NCBI RefSeq assembly: GCF_000299365.1
Contig: NC_018655.1
Location: 360,001 to 392,000 of the forward strand
Reading direction: 5' to 3'
DNA length: 32,000 nucleotides
From: Candidatus Nitrosopumilus koreensis AR1
GTDB taxonomy: Archaea; Thermoproteota; Nitrososphaeria; Nitrososphaerales; Nitrosopumilaceae
The notes beneath the pieces are model-generated. The model searched no databases. It saw only the letters and a program-made list of their open reading frames with translations, and was not told the DNA's origin. Each line of letters begins with the position of its first letter. Position 1 is the stretch's first letter. The translations under genes were made by a program, and so were the position numbers. Shown here piece by piece: positions 1-9,098 of this stretch.

Positions 1-2
1 AT

Positions 3-446
3 GATGTGCGACACCTCAAAGATCTAATTATTCAGGCAGTAAAACATAATGGCCTTTCATTCTTAGATGTACTGCAACCATGTCCAACTTACAATGATCT
101 TAATACCAGAGATTGGTATGCTGGAACTGATTTAGTAGATGAAGCACAAAAAAGACATTCAAGAATTTACAAACTAGAAGAGCATGGATATGATCCTGCA
201 GTTCATTTTAATGAAGAGGCAGAAGTAAATGAAAAACTTTCGCAGTCTCTGATTAAATCACTTGAATGGGGAAACAAGATTCCAATTGGTGTATTTTACA
301 AAAATGAAATCATCACTCCTTATACTGTTAGATTAAGAGATAAAATTCCAAATTATTTGGAAAATCCTCCTGCAAAACAAAACATTGCTAAAAATGGATT
401 CTCTAATGCTGATATCTCTCAAATTCTAGATTCACTTGAAGTATAA
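3..446 (+). CDS. 2-oxoacid:ferredoxin oxidoreductase beta subunit, C-terminal part (5' end outside window)
   Basis: The frame is open from the window edge. 'GLSFLDVLQPCPTYNDLNTRDWY' matches the conserved PCPT(F/Y)N region near the C-terminus of TPP-binding OFOR beta subunits. Confidence 0.7.
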   Translation, partial: DVRHLKDLIIQAVKHNGLSFLDVLQPCPTYNDLNTRDWYAGTDLVDEAQKRHSRIYKLEEHGYDPAVHFNEEAEVNEKLSQSLIKSLEWGNKIPIGVFYKNEIITPYTVRLRDKIPNYLENPPAKQNIAKNGFSNADISQILDSLEV

Positions 447-497
447 TTTGTTATCCCAAACCAAACAGGTTATAGGCAAGTTTTGTAGAAGTGTATT

Positions 498-938
498 TTG
501 CATTTGAATATCAACGAGGCAAATACAATCTTCCGAAAATCTATAATCAAGGGTTTTTTTGAACCCCAACTGGTTAACCTAGATTTTAAAAAATCATCTG
601 TAAAACACCCGGTCATAAATGATGATGGTCTTATGCAATCTGATTTGCTTCACATATTTTTTGATGTAGATACCGGTTCTGATTATCCTGATGGTGATGA
701 ATGGTTTATTGTAGATATGTTGTTTCCGCATGACGTAAAATTGCCTGATAACCTCAAAGGAACTGATTACTTTACAACCCTTTCAGTAGATGATGGAAAA
801 ACATACTGGCACCATCGTGAATTAATTCGCTACAAATATGGGAAATCAAAAAAACTCGATCATGCCTTGGAATTTTTAGAATCAAAATACAAGGAACTTC
901 ATGAATTACTGGAACCACTGCAAAAAGATCTTACTTGA
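498..938 (+). CDS. hypothetical protein
   Basis: 146-codon ORF with no motif I recognise. Only a TTG start is available and the first in-frame ATG is far downstream. Its 3' end overlaps 931..1464 convergently by 8 nt. Confidence 0.45.
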   Translation: MHLNINEANTIFRKSIIKGFFEPQLVNLDFKKSSVKHPVINDDGLMQSDLLHIFFDVDTGSDYPDGDEWFIVDMLFPHDVKLPDNLKGTDYFTTLSVDDGKTYWHHRELIRYKYGKSKKLDHALEFLESKYKELHELLEPLQKDLT

Positions 939-1464
939 TTTCTTTCCAAGAATCGCCTTTAAACATAAATTGTTTTTCTGCAGAGGACGCTGTGTTTAAT
1001 CTCCATCTAATTGATTTTGAATCAAACTTGTAACTTACTTCTGTAACATCTGATGGAATTTTTTGAGGATCAAGGTGATAAGGTAATAATTCTAAAACAG
1101 AATCAATTTTCTCTATTGCATTGTCAAACCACTGTTTGTCTTCTGTGTCAATTGTAAAGCCTATTTTTGGATTGCCAGAAAAATTAATGACAATTTTTAA
1201 TGCATTTCCGCTACCTCTTCTCCTCTTCATCTCTTTGAATACCGCCTTTACTTTTTCCCAGCGCTTAAAATCAAACCATTGAAAAAATGCATCATTAAAT
1301 GTAAGTGGTATATCTACATCTAAGAAACTTACAAAATCATCATCATTTGCTTCTATTTCATCTTGAATTATAGTGAAATGAGAATTTAGAAATCCATACA
1401 ACACTTCAATTTCCCATGGTGAAATGCCATAGTAACACAATGTTACATTTAGATTTTCAGACAA
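931..1464 (-). CDS. hypothetical protein
   Basis: 177-codon ORF with an ATG start, an acidic N-terminal half and a basic 'KEMKRRRGSG' segment. No recognisable family. Confidence 0.5.
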   Translation of the reverse strand: MSENLNVTLCYYGISPWEIEVLYGFLNSHFTIIQDEIEANDDDFVSFLDVDIPLTFNDAFFQWFDFKRWEKVKAVFKEMKRRRGSGNALKIVINFSGNPKIGFTIDTEDKQWFDNAIEKIDSVLELLPYHLDPQKIPSDVTEVSYKFDSKSIRWRLNTASSAEKQFMFKGDSWKEIK

Positions 1465-1562
1465 TGATCTCTAGTCTTAAAAATTGTAATTAAAGCTTCA
1501 ATATGCTAAAATTCGAATAAATTGACCTTAAAATTAAAATTAGATGGAAAGACAGCCTCTTT

Positions 1563-1889
1563 ATGAAAAAAGAGTATGTAGTAAGAAGTATTGATGCTGC
1601 CCCTGATGGCGCACCATATGTGATTGTATCGTTATCTTCTGTAAAAGATCTAAAAGAAGGAACTCAGAACCCTCAAAACCCTTTTGGCAGTCCTAAAGTC
1701 ATGGGATTTTCAAACATGAATGATATGATGAAGGATCTTAACAAAATGTTGTCAGGAATGGGTGGTATGGGAATGCAAAGTGGAGTTACTCAATTAAAAC
1801 TAGAAATGCATGAATACAAAGAGATGGGTCTTTCAGTTGGAGACAAAGTCTTTCTAGAATTAAGTAAAGCAGAATCTCTTGGTGTATGA
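1563..1889 (+). CDS. small Met/Gly-rich hypothetical protein
   Basis: 108-codon ORF with an ATG start. The central stretch 'MGFSNMNDMMKDLNKMLSGMGGMGM' has 8 Met in 25 residues. Confidence 0.55.
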   Translation: MKKEYVVRSIDAAPDGAPYVIVSLSSVKDLKEGTQNPQNPFGSPKVMGFSNMNDMMKDLNKMLSGMGGMGMQSGVTQLKLEMHEYKEMGLSVGDKVFLELSKAESLGV

Positions 1890-1890
1890 C

Positions 1891-2445
1891 CTAGAGTATA
1901 GTGTTGAAATATTTCCAAGCATAAAATGCAGCTACAGTTCCAATAACAAAGAGCATTGGTTTCCATGCAAATACTGGAAGGCTAGGCGTTGAAAGTTTTA
2001 CTTTGTAGTTATCCACAATCGCATGAACATTTTTCTTAATCTTATCATGCCATATGCTATACTCTACTTGGTATTTTTTTAAAATCTCTTCTACTTCGTA
2101 AACAACTGGAGTTCTTTGTGAGAATAAATGCTGAAGATAATCTCTTGAGACCTCAACTTCTGCATGAATCCCGATCAGCCCTTTTTTGAGGTCTACCATT
2201 CTTACATGCATCTCCCATGGTTTTTTTAGTTTCAGATTCAAACCACTTCCTATTTGATCAGGTTGTTTGTGTTCAAATTTTACCTTGGTGAATCCCTCAT
2301 CAGTAAAAATCTTCATCAATTCATCAAAACTCTTCTTTACAACAACATGCAGTTGTTCTACTCCTTCTGTACTGTCAACTCCAATCTTGTGTTTTAATCC
2401 ATCTAGAAATGATACTGTCTTTGGATATGTTGTAAGATATTCCAA
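1891..2445 (-). CDS. hypothetical protein with C-terminal transmembrane anchor
   Basis: 184-codon ORF. The C-terminal hydrophobic segment 'PMLFVIGTVAAFYAWKYF' suggests a tail anchor. No recognised catalytic motif. Confidence 0.55.
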   Translation of the reverse strand: MEYLTTYPKTVSFLDGLKHKIGVDSTEGVEQLHVVVKKSFDELMKIFTDEGFTKVKFEHKQPDQIGSGLNLKLKKPWEMHVRMVDLKKGLIGIHAEVEVSRDYLQHLFSQRTPVVYEVEEILKKYQVEYSIWHDKIKKNVHAIVDNYKVKLSTPSLPVFAWKPMLFVIGTVAAFYAWKYFNTIL

Positions 2446-2490
2446 TATTTTGGTGGATGAAATACCTATATTTAAAGCAGAACAACAAAA

Positions 2491-3270
2491 TTACTGGCTT
2501 TTTGGAGGATTTGAAAGACCTCTGACATACACGCATTGTTCAGGATCTATTGCCATTTCTGACGAATCTATTTTTCTATCTGTTAGGGTTGCACCGGAGT
2601 TTCTAACTATTGCAAACGGCTTTGATTCTGCACCTTCTCCCATCTTGTGGTTTGCAATTGTTGCCAAGTTATCTACAACTGCCTGAAATGTTACTTTTAG
2701 TGGATTGCCATCAAGATCTTTTTTGGATCTCATATCTAGTACTGGCTCGATACCTGCACATGCAATTGCAACACCGGATGTTCCAATTCTTGCAGGCATC
2801 AATCTACTGTCAACTAGAATAACTCCTACGTGAATTGAATTCTTTAGAAAAATCTTTCTTCTAAGTTGTTCTGCTACCAAGTATGGGTTTTCTGGATAAA
2901 GAATCACTTTACCTTTTTTTGCATTAGACTTGTCTATTCCTGCATTTGGTGCCATTATGTTATCTGATGATGTAATGACAAATCCTCCTATCCCTCCAAA
3001 AATTTTATCTGATTCTCTAATTACCACTTCTGCAATCTCTGGTCTTAGTTGGTATTTTTTTGAAATATCTAATCCTTTATCTGAAATTGAAATTTTATCA
3101 AGATCTATGATTCTTCCTTGTGAATTTGAGATATATTTCGTTGAAATTACTATGACATCTCCATCTTGTAGTTCAACATTGTTTTTTTCTAGTGTTTTTA
3201 GAAATACCTCAAAAACGTCAAATTTCTCACTCATTCTATCTGCTAATAGAGGTAAAACAGTTAATTGCAC
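2491..3270 (-). CDS. cofE: coenzyme F420-0:L-glutamate ligase (CofE family)
   Basis: Family-typical segments are 'DGDVIVISTKYISNSQGR', 'NAGIDKSNA', 'VGVILVDSRLMPARIGTSGVAIACAGIEP' and 'DLDGNPLKVT..AVVDNLA'. Confidence 0.8.
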   Translation of the reverse strand: MQLTVLPLLADRMSEKFDVFEVFLKTLEKNNVELQDGDVIVISTKYISNSQGRIIDLDKISISDKGLDISKKYQLRPEIAEVVIRESDKIFGGIGGFVITSSDNIMAPNAGIDKSNAKKGKVILYPENPYLVAEQLRRKIFLKNSIHVGVILVDSRLMPARIGTSGVAIACAGIEPVLDMRSKKDLDGNPLKVTFQAVVDNLATIANHKMGEGAESKPFAIVRNSGATLTDRKIDSSEMAIDPEQCVYVRGLSNPPKSQ

Positions 3271-3343
3271 AACAATATTAGGACCTTTTTCTTTTTTATT
3301 GTTCTGAAAAGCTTTTAATCTCTAAAAGAGGGGTTTTTTGATT

Positions 3344-4615
3344 ATGAACATTGTTGAAAAGATTCTTGCACGTGCATCAGGAAAATCGCAAGTCACACCT
3401 GATGATGTAGTGTTTGCAAATGTCGATAAAGTTATGGTTCACGATGTTTCAGGTCCTGGTGTTATCAAAGTATTTGACAAATTAAAAAACAAGGGTGTTG
3501 ATGTCAGTAAATTATGGGATCCATCAAAGGTTTGGGTTGCAGAAGATCACTTTGTCCCATCTGCTGAAAAAGTATCTGCTGAAAATATTGTAAAATTATC
3601 AAATTTTACAAAAAGTTATGGAATTGAAAAACATTTCAAATATGGAATGGGACAATATGGAATTTGTCATACGTTATCTCATGAAGAGGCATTGGTTATG
3701 CCTGGTGATGTCTATGTTGGCGGTGATTCTCATACTAACACAACGGGTGCACTAGGTGCATTTGCATGTGGATTGGGCCATACTGATGTTGCATATGTTT
3801 TACTTAATGGAAAAATTTGGTTTAAGGTTCCAGAAACAGACTATTTTAAACTAAACGGAAAACTCCCCGATCATGTTATGGCCAAAGATTTGATCTTGAA
3901 AATTATTGGTGATATTGGCACTGATGGTGGAAACTATAGAACAATGCAGTTTGGAGGTTCTGGAATTGATGAGATGTCTGTTGAAAGTAGATTGACTTTA
4001 TGTAACATGACTACTGAAGCTGGTGCAAAAAATGGAATTGTAGAGGCTGATCAAAAAGTTGTGGATTATCTTGCAAGTAGAGGTGCAACAAATGCTCATG
4101 TGTTTAGAGGGGATGATGATGCTCAATATGCAAATGTGTATGAATATGAGGCATCTAAACTAGAACCTCTTGTTGCAAAACCATTTTCTCCTGAAAATAT
4201 TGCAGTTGTTAGAGAAGCTCCCTCTGTAGAACTAGACAAGTCATACATTGGTTCTTGTACTGGTGCAAAATATGAGGACTTGGAAGCTGCAGCAAAAATT
4301 CTCAAAGGAAGAACTGTGAAGATTAGAACAGAAATCCTTCCTGCATCTATCTCTATTTACAAACGTGCAATGGAAAACGGATTACTTTCAATTTTCTTAG
4401 ATGCTGGAGTGACAGTTGGTCCCCCAACATGTGGGGCATGCTGTGGTGCACACATGGGAGTGTTGGCCAAAAATGAAATTTGTATAAGCACTACAAACAG
4501 AAACTTCCCTGGAAGAATGGGTCATGTTGAATCAGAGACATACCTATCATCTCCAATGGTAGCAGCTGCTTCTGCAGTAACTGGAAAAATTACTGATCCG
4601 AGGGATTTACAATGA
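3344..4615 (+). CDS. aconitase-family dehydratase large subunit, archaeal/short type (3-isopropylmalate or homoaconitate dehydratase)
   Basis: 'VHDVSGPG', 'GGDSHTNTTGALGAF', 'CNMTTEAGAKNG', 'IGSCTGAKYEDL' and 'TTNRNFPGRMG' are aconitase-superfamily Fe-S/substrate motifs. I placed the start at ATG 3344; the ORF track starts at TTG 3338. Confidence 0.85.
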   Translation: MNIVEKILARASGKSQVTPDDVVFANVDKVMVHDVSGPGVIKVFDKLKNKGVDVSKLWDPSKVWVAEDHFVPSAEKVSAENIVKLSNFTKSYGIEKHFKYGMGQYGICHTLSHEEALVMPGDVYVGGDSHTNTTGALGAFACGLGHTDVAYVLLNGKIWFKVPETDYFKLNGKLPDHVMAKDLILKIIGDIGTDGGNYRTMQFGGSGIDEMSVESRLTLCNMTTEAGAKNGIVEADQKVVDYLASRGATNAHVFRGDDDAQYANVYEYEASKLEPLVAKPFSPENIAVVREAPSVELDKSYIGSCTGAKYEDLEAAAKILKGRTVKIRTEILPASISIYKRAMENGLLSIFLDAGVTVGPPTCGACCGAHMGVLAKNEICISTTNRNFPGRMGHVESETYLSSPMVAAASAVTGKITDPRDLQ

Positions 4616-5094
4616 AAGGAAATGTCATAAAATACGAACGGGATAATATCGATACTGATGTGATTATCCCTGGACAATACCTAAAAGTTCATGATTATGC
4701 AGAACTTGCAACTCATGCAATGGAAGGATTGGATCCTGACTTTCACTCTAAAGTCAAAGAAGGTGATTTTATTTTATCTGGAAAAAATTTTGGATGTGGA
4801 TCGTCACGTGAACATGCTCCAATTGCATTATCTCATTCCGGAGTAAAGGCTGTGTTGGCATTGTCTTTTGCTAGAATTTTTTATAGAAATTCTGTAGATG
4901 GTGCATTTTTGTTACCTATTGAAATTGAAGAAGATGCTTACAAGGGAATCTCCGAAGGTGATGAAATTGATATTGACATCAACAAAAATGAAATCAATAA
5001 TCTAACAAAAAATCAAACATACAAGATGAAGCCTTTCTCTGAAATTATTGGAAAAATAATTGAAGCAGGTGGTCTCTTTAACTACAAACCATAG
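4612..5094 (+). CDS. aconitase-family dehydratase small subunit, archaeal/short type
   Basis: 4-nt overlap with the large subunit. '[16 protein letters not shown]' and '[14 protein letters not shown]' are swivel-domain motifs. Length is 160 aa. Confidence 0.85.
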   Translation: MKGNVIKYERDNIDTDVIIPGQYLKVHDYAELATHAMEGLDPDFHSKVKEGDFILSGKNFGCGSSREHAPIALSHSGVKAVLALSFARIFYRNSVDGAFLLPIEIEEDAYKGISEGDEIDIDINKNEINNLTKNQTYKMKPFSEIIGKIIEAGGLFNYKP

Positions 5095-5102
5095 GGTCTA
5101 AA

Positions 5103-6518
5103 ATGGGAAAAACACTTTTTGAAAAAATTTGGGATGCTCATGTTGTTGTTGAAAAACAGTCTGGACCTTCTTTAATTTACATTGACAGACATTTAGTTCA
5201 TGAAGTAACATCTCCTCAGGCCTTTGATGGGCTTAGGATGAACAACAGGAAGGTTAGAAGACCTGATCTTACCATTGCCACAATGGATCACAATGTTCCA
5301 ACAACTGACAGAGGACTTCCAATTTTAGATCAGACATCATCCGTTCAGATTCAAACCCTAGAAAAAAACTGCCACGATTTTGGAATTAAATTATTTGATA
5401 TCAACAGTCCAAACCAAGGAATAGTACATGTTATTGGTCCTCAGCTAGGAATCACTTTACCTGGTTCTACAATTGTCTGTGGTGATAGTCATACATCAAC
5501 TCATGGGGCATTTGGTGCACTAGCATTTGGAATTGGAACAAGTGATGTAGAACATGTTTTAGCATCTCAAACTTTGTGGTTAGAAAAACCAAAACCATTT
5601 GAAATTAGAGTGGAGGGAAAACGAAAGAATTCTCATGCAGTTACTGCTAAAGATGTTGTATTGTCTATTATCAAAAACATTGGCACTGGAGGAGGCACTG
5701 GAACAGTAATTGAATATCGTGGTGAAGGAATTGAAGATCTTTCCATGGAACAAAGAATGACTGTATGCAATATGTCTATTGAAGCAGGAGCCCGTGCGGG
5801 GTTGATTGCTCCTGATGAGAAGACATATGACTATTTGAGAGGTAGGCAATACACCCCAAAAAATTTTGAGTCTCTTGTAGATTATTGGAAAGAAAATCTG
5901 AAGACTGATGATGATGCAAAATTTGAAAAACAATTCACATTACACATTGATGATATTGCACCTCAAGTAAGCTGGGGAACAAATCCTGGAATGACATGTG
6001 ATGTAACAGAATCTGTTCCAACACCTGATGAATTCTCTAAAGGTGATTCTAATCAAAAGAAGGGTGCAGAAAAAGCACTTGATTATATGGACCTAAAACC
6101 TGGAACTCCAATAGAAGAAATAAAAATTGATAGGGTGTTTATTGGTTCTTGCACTAATGCAAGAATAGAAGATCTGGTTGAAGCGTCAAAAATAATCAAA
6201 GGACAAAAAGTTTCTCCTAATGTTCGAGCTATGGTTGTACCTGGTTCTCAAATGGTGAAAAAACAAGCAGAAGAAATGGGTCTTGATAAAATTTTCATTG
6301 ATGCTAATTTTGAATGGAGAGAATCTGGATGTAGTATGTGTCTTGGAATGAATCCTGATATCTTGTCTCCTGGTGAAAGATGTGCTAGCACATCTAACCG
6401 AAATTTTGAAGGAAGACAAGGTACAGGTGGACGAACTCATTTGGTTAGTCCCGTTATGGCAGCAGCAGCTGCAATTCATGGGCATTTTGTTGATGTAAGG
6501 AAGATGGATTTGAGCTAA
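5103..6518 (+). CDS. leuC: 3-isopropylmalate dehydratase large subunit (bacterial/long type)
   Basis: '[15 protein letters not shown]', '[10 protein letters not shown]', '[22 protein letters not shown]', '[11 protein letters not shown]' and '[10 protein letters not shown]'. Length is 471 aa. Confidence 0.9.
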   Translation: MGKTLFEKIWDAHVVVEKQSGPSLIYIDRHLVHEVTSPQAFDGLRMNNRKVRRPDLTIATMDHNVPTTDRGLPILDQTSSVQIQTLEKNCHDFGIKLFDINSPNQGIVHVIGPQLGITLPGSTIVCGDSHTSTHGAFGALAFGIGTSDVEHVLASQTLWLEKPKPFEIRVEGKRKNSHAVTAKDVVLSIIKNIGTGGGTGTVIEYRGEGIEDLSMEQRMTVCNMSIEAGARAGLIAPDEKTYDYLRGRQYTPKNFESLVDYWKENLKTDDDAKFEKQFTLHIDDIAPQVSWGTNPGMTCDVTESVPTPDEFSKGDSNQKKGAEKALDYMDLKPGTPIEEIKIDRVFIGSCTNARIEDLVEASKIIKGQKVSPNVRAMVVPGSQMVKKQAEEMGLDKIFIDANFEWRESGCSMCLGMNPDILSPGERCASTSNRNFEGRQGTGGRTHLVSPVMAAAAAIHGHFVDVRKMDLS

Positions 6519-6519
6519 A

Positions 6520-7104
6520 ATGGAACCTTTTAAGAAAACAAAAAGTATTGTGACTCCACTTGACAAGGTAAATGTTGACACTGATCAAATTGTGCCAAAA
6601 CAATTTCTAAAATTAGTGCAAAAGTCTGGATTTGGAAAATTTTTGTTCTTTAATTGGCGATATGATGAAAATGAGAAACCAAAATCAGATTTTGTATTAA
6701 ATGATTCAAAATATGATGGCTCTAAAATCTTAGTTGCAGGTGATAATTTTGGATGTGGTTCTAGCCGTGAACACGCAGTATGGGCCCTGCAAGATTATGG
6801 GTTTGCAGTGATTATTGCTCCCTCTTTTGCTGATATCTTCTTTAGCAACTGTTTTAAAAATGGAATCTTGCCTATTTCACTGGATCAAAAAATTGTAGAA
6901 AAACTACAGCATGAAACACAACCAATTGAAGTTGACTTGGAACACCAAACAATCAAAACTTCTTCTGAAACCATATCTTTTGAAATTGATTCTCACAAAA
7001 AGAAAATTCTCTTAGAGGGGCTAGATGACATTGCACAGACATATCAATATGAAAATGAAATTTCTGAATTTGAAAAACAGTCTATAATCCCATCTGTTTT
7101 ATGA
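6520..7104 (+). CDS. leuD: 3-isopropylmalate dehydratase small subunit (long type)
   Basis: It starts 1 nt after the leuC stop. 'VDTDQIVPKQFLK', 'GFGKFLFFNWRY' and '[17 protein letters not shown]'. Length is 194 aa. Confidence 0.9.
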   Translation: MEPFKKTKSIVTPLDKVNVDTDQIVPKQFLKLVQKSGFGKFLFFNWRYDENEKPKSDFVLNDSKYDGSKILVAGDNFGCGSSREHAVWALQDYGFAVIIAPSFADIFFSNCFKNGILPISLDQKIVEKLQHETQPIEVDLEHQTIKTSSETISFEIDSHKKKILLEGLDDIAQTYQYENEISEFEKQSIIPSVL

Positions 7105-7801
7105 TTTTTCTTACCGTCTTTTGGTTTCTTTCCAAGTAAGAAGGAGACTCTGCATCAATCCATTCATTGTCTCCAATATCAAAAGCACTAACTTTTCCCT
7201 CTTTTGATAGTTGTTGTAATATATCGTATGAGAGATTGATCTCTTTCTGTTTTTTCTTTGACTTTATTTTTTTGATAATGTCTTCTCCAAGCATGTATAC
7301 CCCTAAACATTCAGATAACTGCAATTTCATTACTGGCTTTTCTTTGAACTCTTTGATAATTCCATCTTCTACTGATGCAAATCCTGTTTCTTCTTTTCTT
7401 TTTGTTCTAGTTGCAATACATGCAGAACTCTTTTTTTTGCTAAATACCTCTTTCATTTTTTTAAGATCTATTGCACACAAATTATCTACAAACCATAACA
7501 CAAATTCAGATTCTCCTTTGAGTTTTTCTTCAACATGTAACAGATCCCCCCCGGTACCACTCTGTGAATCCTGAACAAAAGAAATGTTTTTTTGATTTCC
7601 GTAATAGTTTTTGATTTGACCTCCCAACCCTTCAAAATCAGAGATTATGATGATCTCTTTTATGAAACTAAATTTTTGCAGATATCTTATCACGTAATCT
7701 ATGACTGGTTTTCCATTAATTGGTGTCATTGCCTTTGGAAAGAATTCTGTATATGGCTTGCCTCGTGTACCTTTGCCCCCGGCTAAAATTATTGCCTTCA
7801 C
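7082..7801 (-). CDS. sugar-phosphate nucleotidyltransferase (NTP_transferase family)
   Basis: The N-terminal 'MKAIILAGGKGTRGKPYT...PKAMTPINGKPVIDY' is the G-x-G-T-R nucleotide-binding signature. It starts 3 nt downstream of the uS9 gene on the same strand. Confidence 0.8.
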   Translation of the reverse strand: MKAIILAGGKGTRGKPYTEFFPKAMTPINGKPVIDYVIRYLQKFSFIKEIIIISDFEGLGGQIKNYYGNQKNISFVQDSQSGTGGDLLHVEEKLKGESEFVLWFVDNLCAIDLKKMKEVFSKKKSSACIATRTKRKEETGFASVEDGIIKEFKEKPVMKLQLSECLGVYMLGEDIIKKIKSKKKQKEINLSYDILQQLSKEGKVSAFDIGDNEWIDAESPSYLERNQKTVRKIIKQMGL

Positions 7802-7804
7802 AGT

Positions 7805-8254
7805 CTAACGATATGATTTTTGTTTTCTTCTTCTTGCACCAGGTCCGCCAAACTTCTTTGGCTCTTTTCTTCTGGCATCACCGCTGATTAGATATTTGTC
7901 ATAATCTGTGATTCTCTTTCTAAGGTCTTCTCTAGTTGATTTTGGGAATGGATGATCTTTTGGATCTTTCTTTGATTTTGTCCATCCTGTTAGGGCTCTA
8001 GAGATTGCAGTTGCAACAGCGCTTGCTTGTCCCATGAAACCTCCTCCTCTTACTCTAACAGAGATGTCGATTTTGTCTCTTAAGTCACCTGTGATTTCAA
8101 GTGGTGCTAAAATTACCTCACGAGCAGTTTCTTGTGGAATCATTTCAACTGGTACATTGTTAATTCTAATCTTACCCTGTCCTTTAGTAATGTAAACATG
8201 TGCACTAGATGTTTTTCTAGTTGCAAAATAAATTTCAGTTTTTGGTGTTGTCAT
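7805..8254 (-). CDS. rps9: 30S ribosomal protein S9 (uS9)
   Basis: 'VRVRGGGFMGQASAVATAISRAL' and the C-terminal '...GARRRKQKSYR'. Confidence 0.92.
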   Translation of the reverse strand: MTTPKTEIYFATRKTSSAHVYITKGQGKIRINNVPVEMIPQETAREVILAPLEITGDLRDKIDISVRVRGGGFMGQASAVATAISRALTGWTKSKKDPKDHPFPKSTREDLRKRITDYDKYLISGDARRKEPKKFGGPGARRRKQKSYR

Positions 8255-8751
8255 TCAGTCCACCCTATCACTCTGCACAATTCTCCCATTGTGGTGTAGT
8301 TTGATGCAGATTTTTTAATTTTTGCTTTTTCAAATTGAATCTTTTCAAATGATTTTAATTCTTTTGGAGAGCCAATGTATGTTCTTAGTCTTTTATGTGC
8401 TGAAATTCCTGATGGTTTTTTTTCATATGGTAACATTCCTCTAATCATTTTTGTGATTATTGTGTCTGGTCTTCTGTAGTGTACAGGACCATGTTTTGGA
8501 TTAATAATGCTGTTGATTTCTAAAAATTCTCTATATTCTTTAATCAAATTTGATCTAGTTCCACTGTACATGATCTTCTCACAATTTACCAGTGAAACTC
8601 TATGTCCTTGTTTTAGTAATTTTGCAACATTTGATGACAGTCTACCTGCAATATGATTAGTTGCATCTACAACAATTGGTCTGTCTGTTCTGACAACCGT
8701 TTCTTGACTAGCCAAGTAATACGACTCCTTTACCTGTTGGGTTCTGTTCAA
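8251..8751 (-). CDS. rpl13: 50S ribosomal protein L13 (uL13)
   Basis: 'VVDATNHIAGRLSSNVAKLLKQGHRVSLVNCEKI' is the typical uL13 N-terminus. The track start gives a 44-nt overlap with L18e. An in-frame TTG at 8715 would shorten the overlap to 8 nt. Confidence 0.88.
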   Translation of the reverse strand: MNRTQQVKESYYLASQETVVRTDRPIVVDATNHIAGRLSSNVAKLLKQGHRVSLVNCEKIMYSGTRSNLIKEYREFLEINSIINPKHGPVHYRRPDTIITKMIRGMLPYEKKPSGISAHKRLRTYIGSPKELKSFEKIQFEKAKIKKSASNYTTMGELCRVIGWTE

Positions 8752-9055
8752 TGAGTTCAGAATAACTGATTAGTTTTCCACCATTCTCGATAATTTTGTT
8801 AGCTGCAGAATTTGAAATTGAAAATGAACATAATGTGATTTTATGAGGCACATTGCCTGTTCCAAGAACCTTTCCTGGAAATACTACAGTGTCATTTTCT
8901 TTGGTTAGTTTGCCTATCTTATTCAAATTGATGTCTCTTCTGGCAATAGATGGTTTTAGCGCATATTCGGCTAATTTTGCCCAAATTGGAGCCTCGTTTT
9001 TAGCTGATGCTGATTTTAAATCCTTTGCCATACGTATAACTACTTGATTAGTCAT
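8708..9055 (-). CDS. rpl18e: 50S ribosomal protein L18e (eL18)
   Basis: 'APIWAKLAEYALKPSIARRDINLNKI...VVFPGKVLGTG' plus its position between rpoD and L13, as in the conserved archaeal cluster. Confidence 0.85.
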   Translation of the reverse strand: MTNQVVIRMAKDLKSASAKNEAPIWAKLAEYALKPSIARRDINLNKIGKLTKENDTVVFPGKVLGTGNVPHKITLCSFSISNSAANKIIENGGKLISYSELIEQNPTGKGVVLLG

Positions 9056-9098
9056 GTGAATAATGCGGTTTAAAACCCAAATATAACGTATATGCTTT

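Noticed and set aside
2267-3307. Plus-strand ORFs 2267..2686, 2610..2822 and 2930..3307
   Set aside because: They run antisense to the 1891..2445 ORF and the well-supported cofE gene. Their translations are low-complexity and Ser/Leu/Phe/Ile-rich, as expected for shadow frames of AT-rich coding DNA.
4123-6581. Minus-strand ORFs 4123..4305, 5580..5933 and 6186..6581
   Set aside because: They lie entirely inside the aconitase-family dehydratase genes on the opposite strand and have no motifs. They are shadow ORFs.
8708-8751. 44-nt overlap between the L13 and L18e genes
   Set aside because: This is most likely a start-codon artefact. An in-frame TTG at 8715 gives a uL13 N-terminus closer to the conserved region and cuts the overlap to 8 nt.
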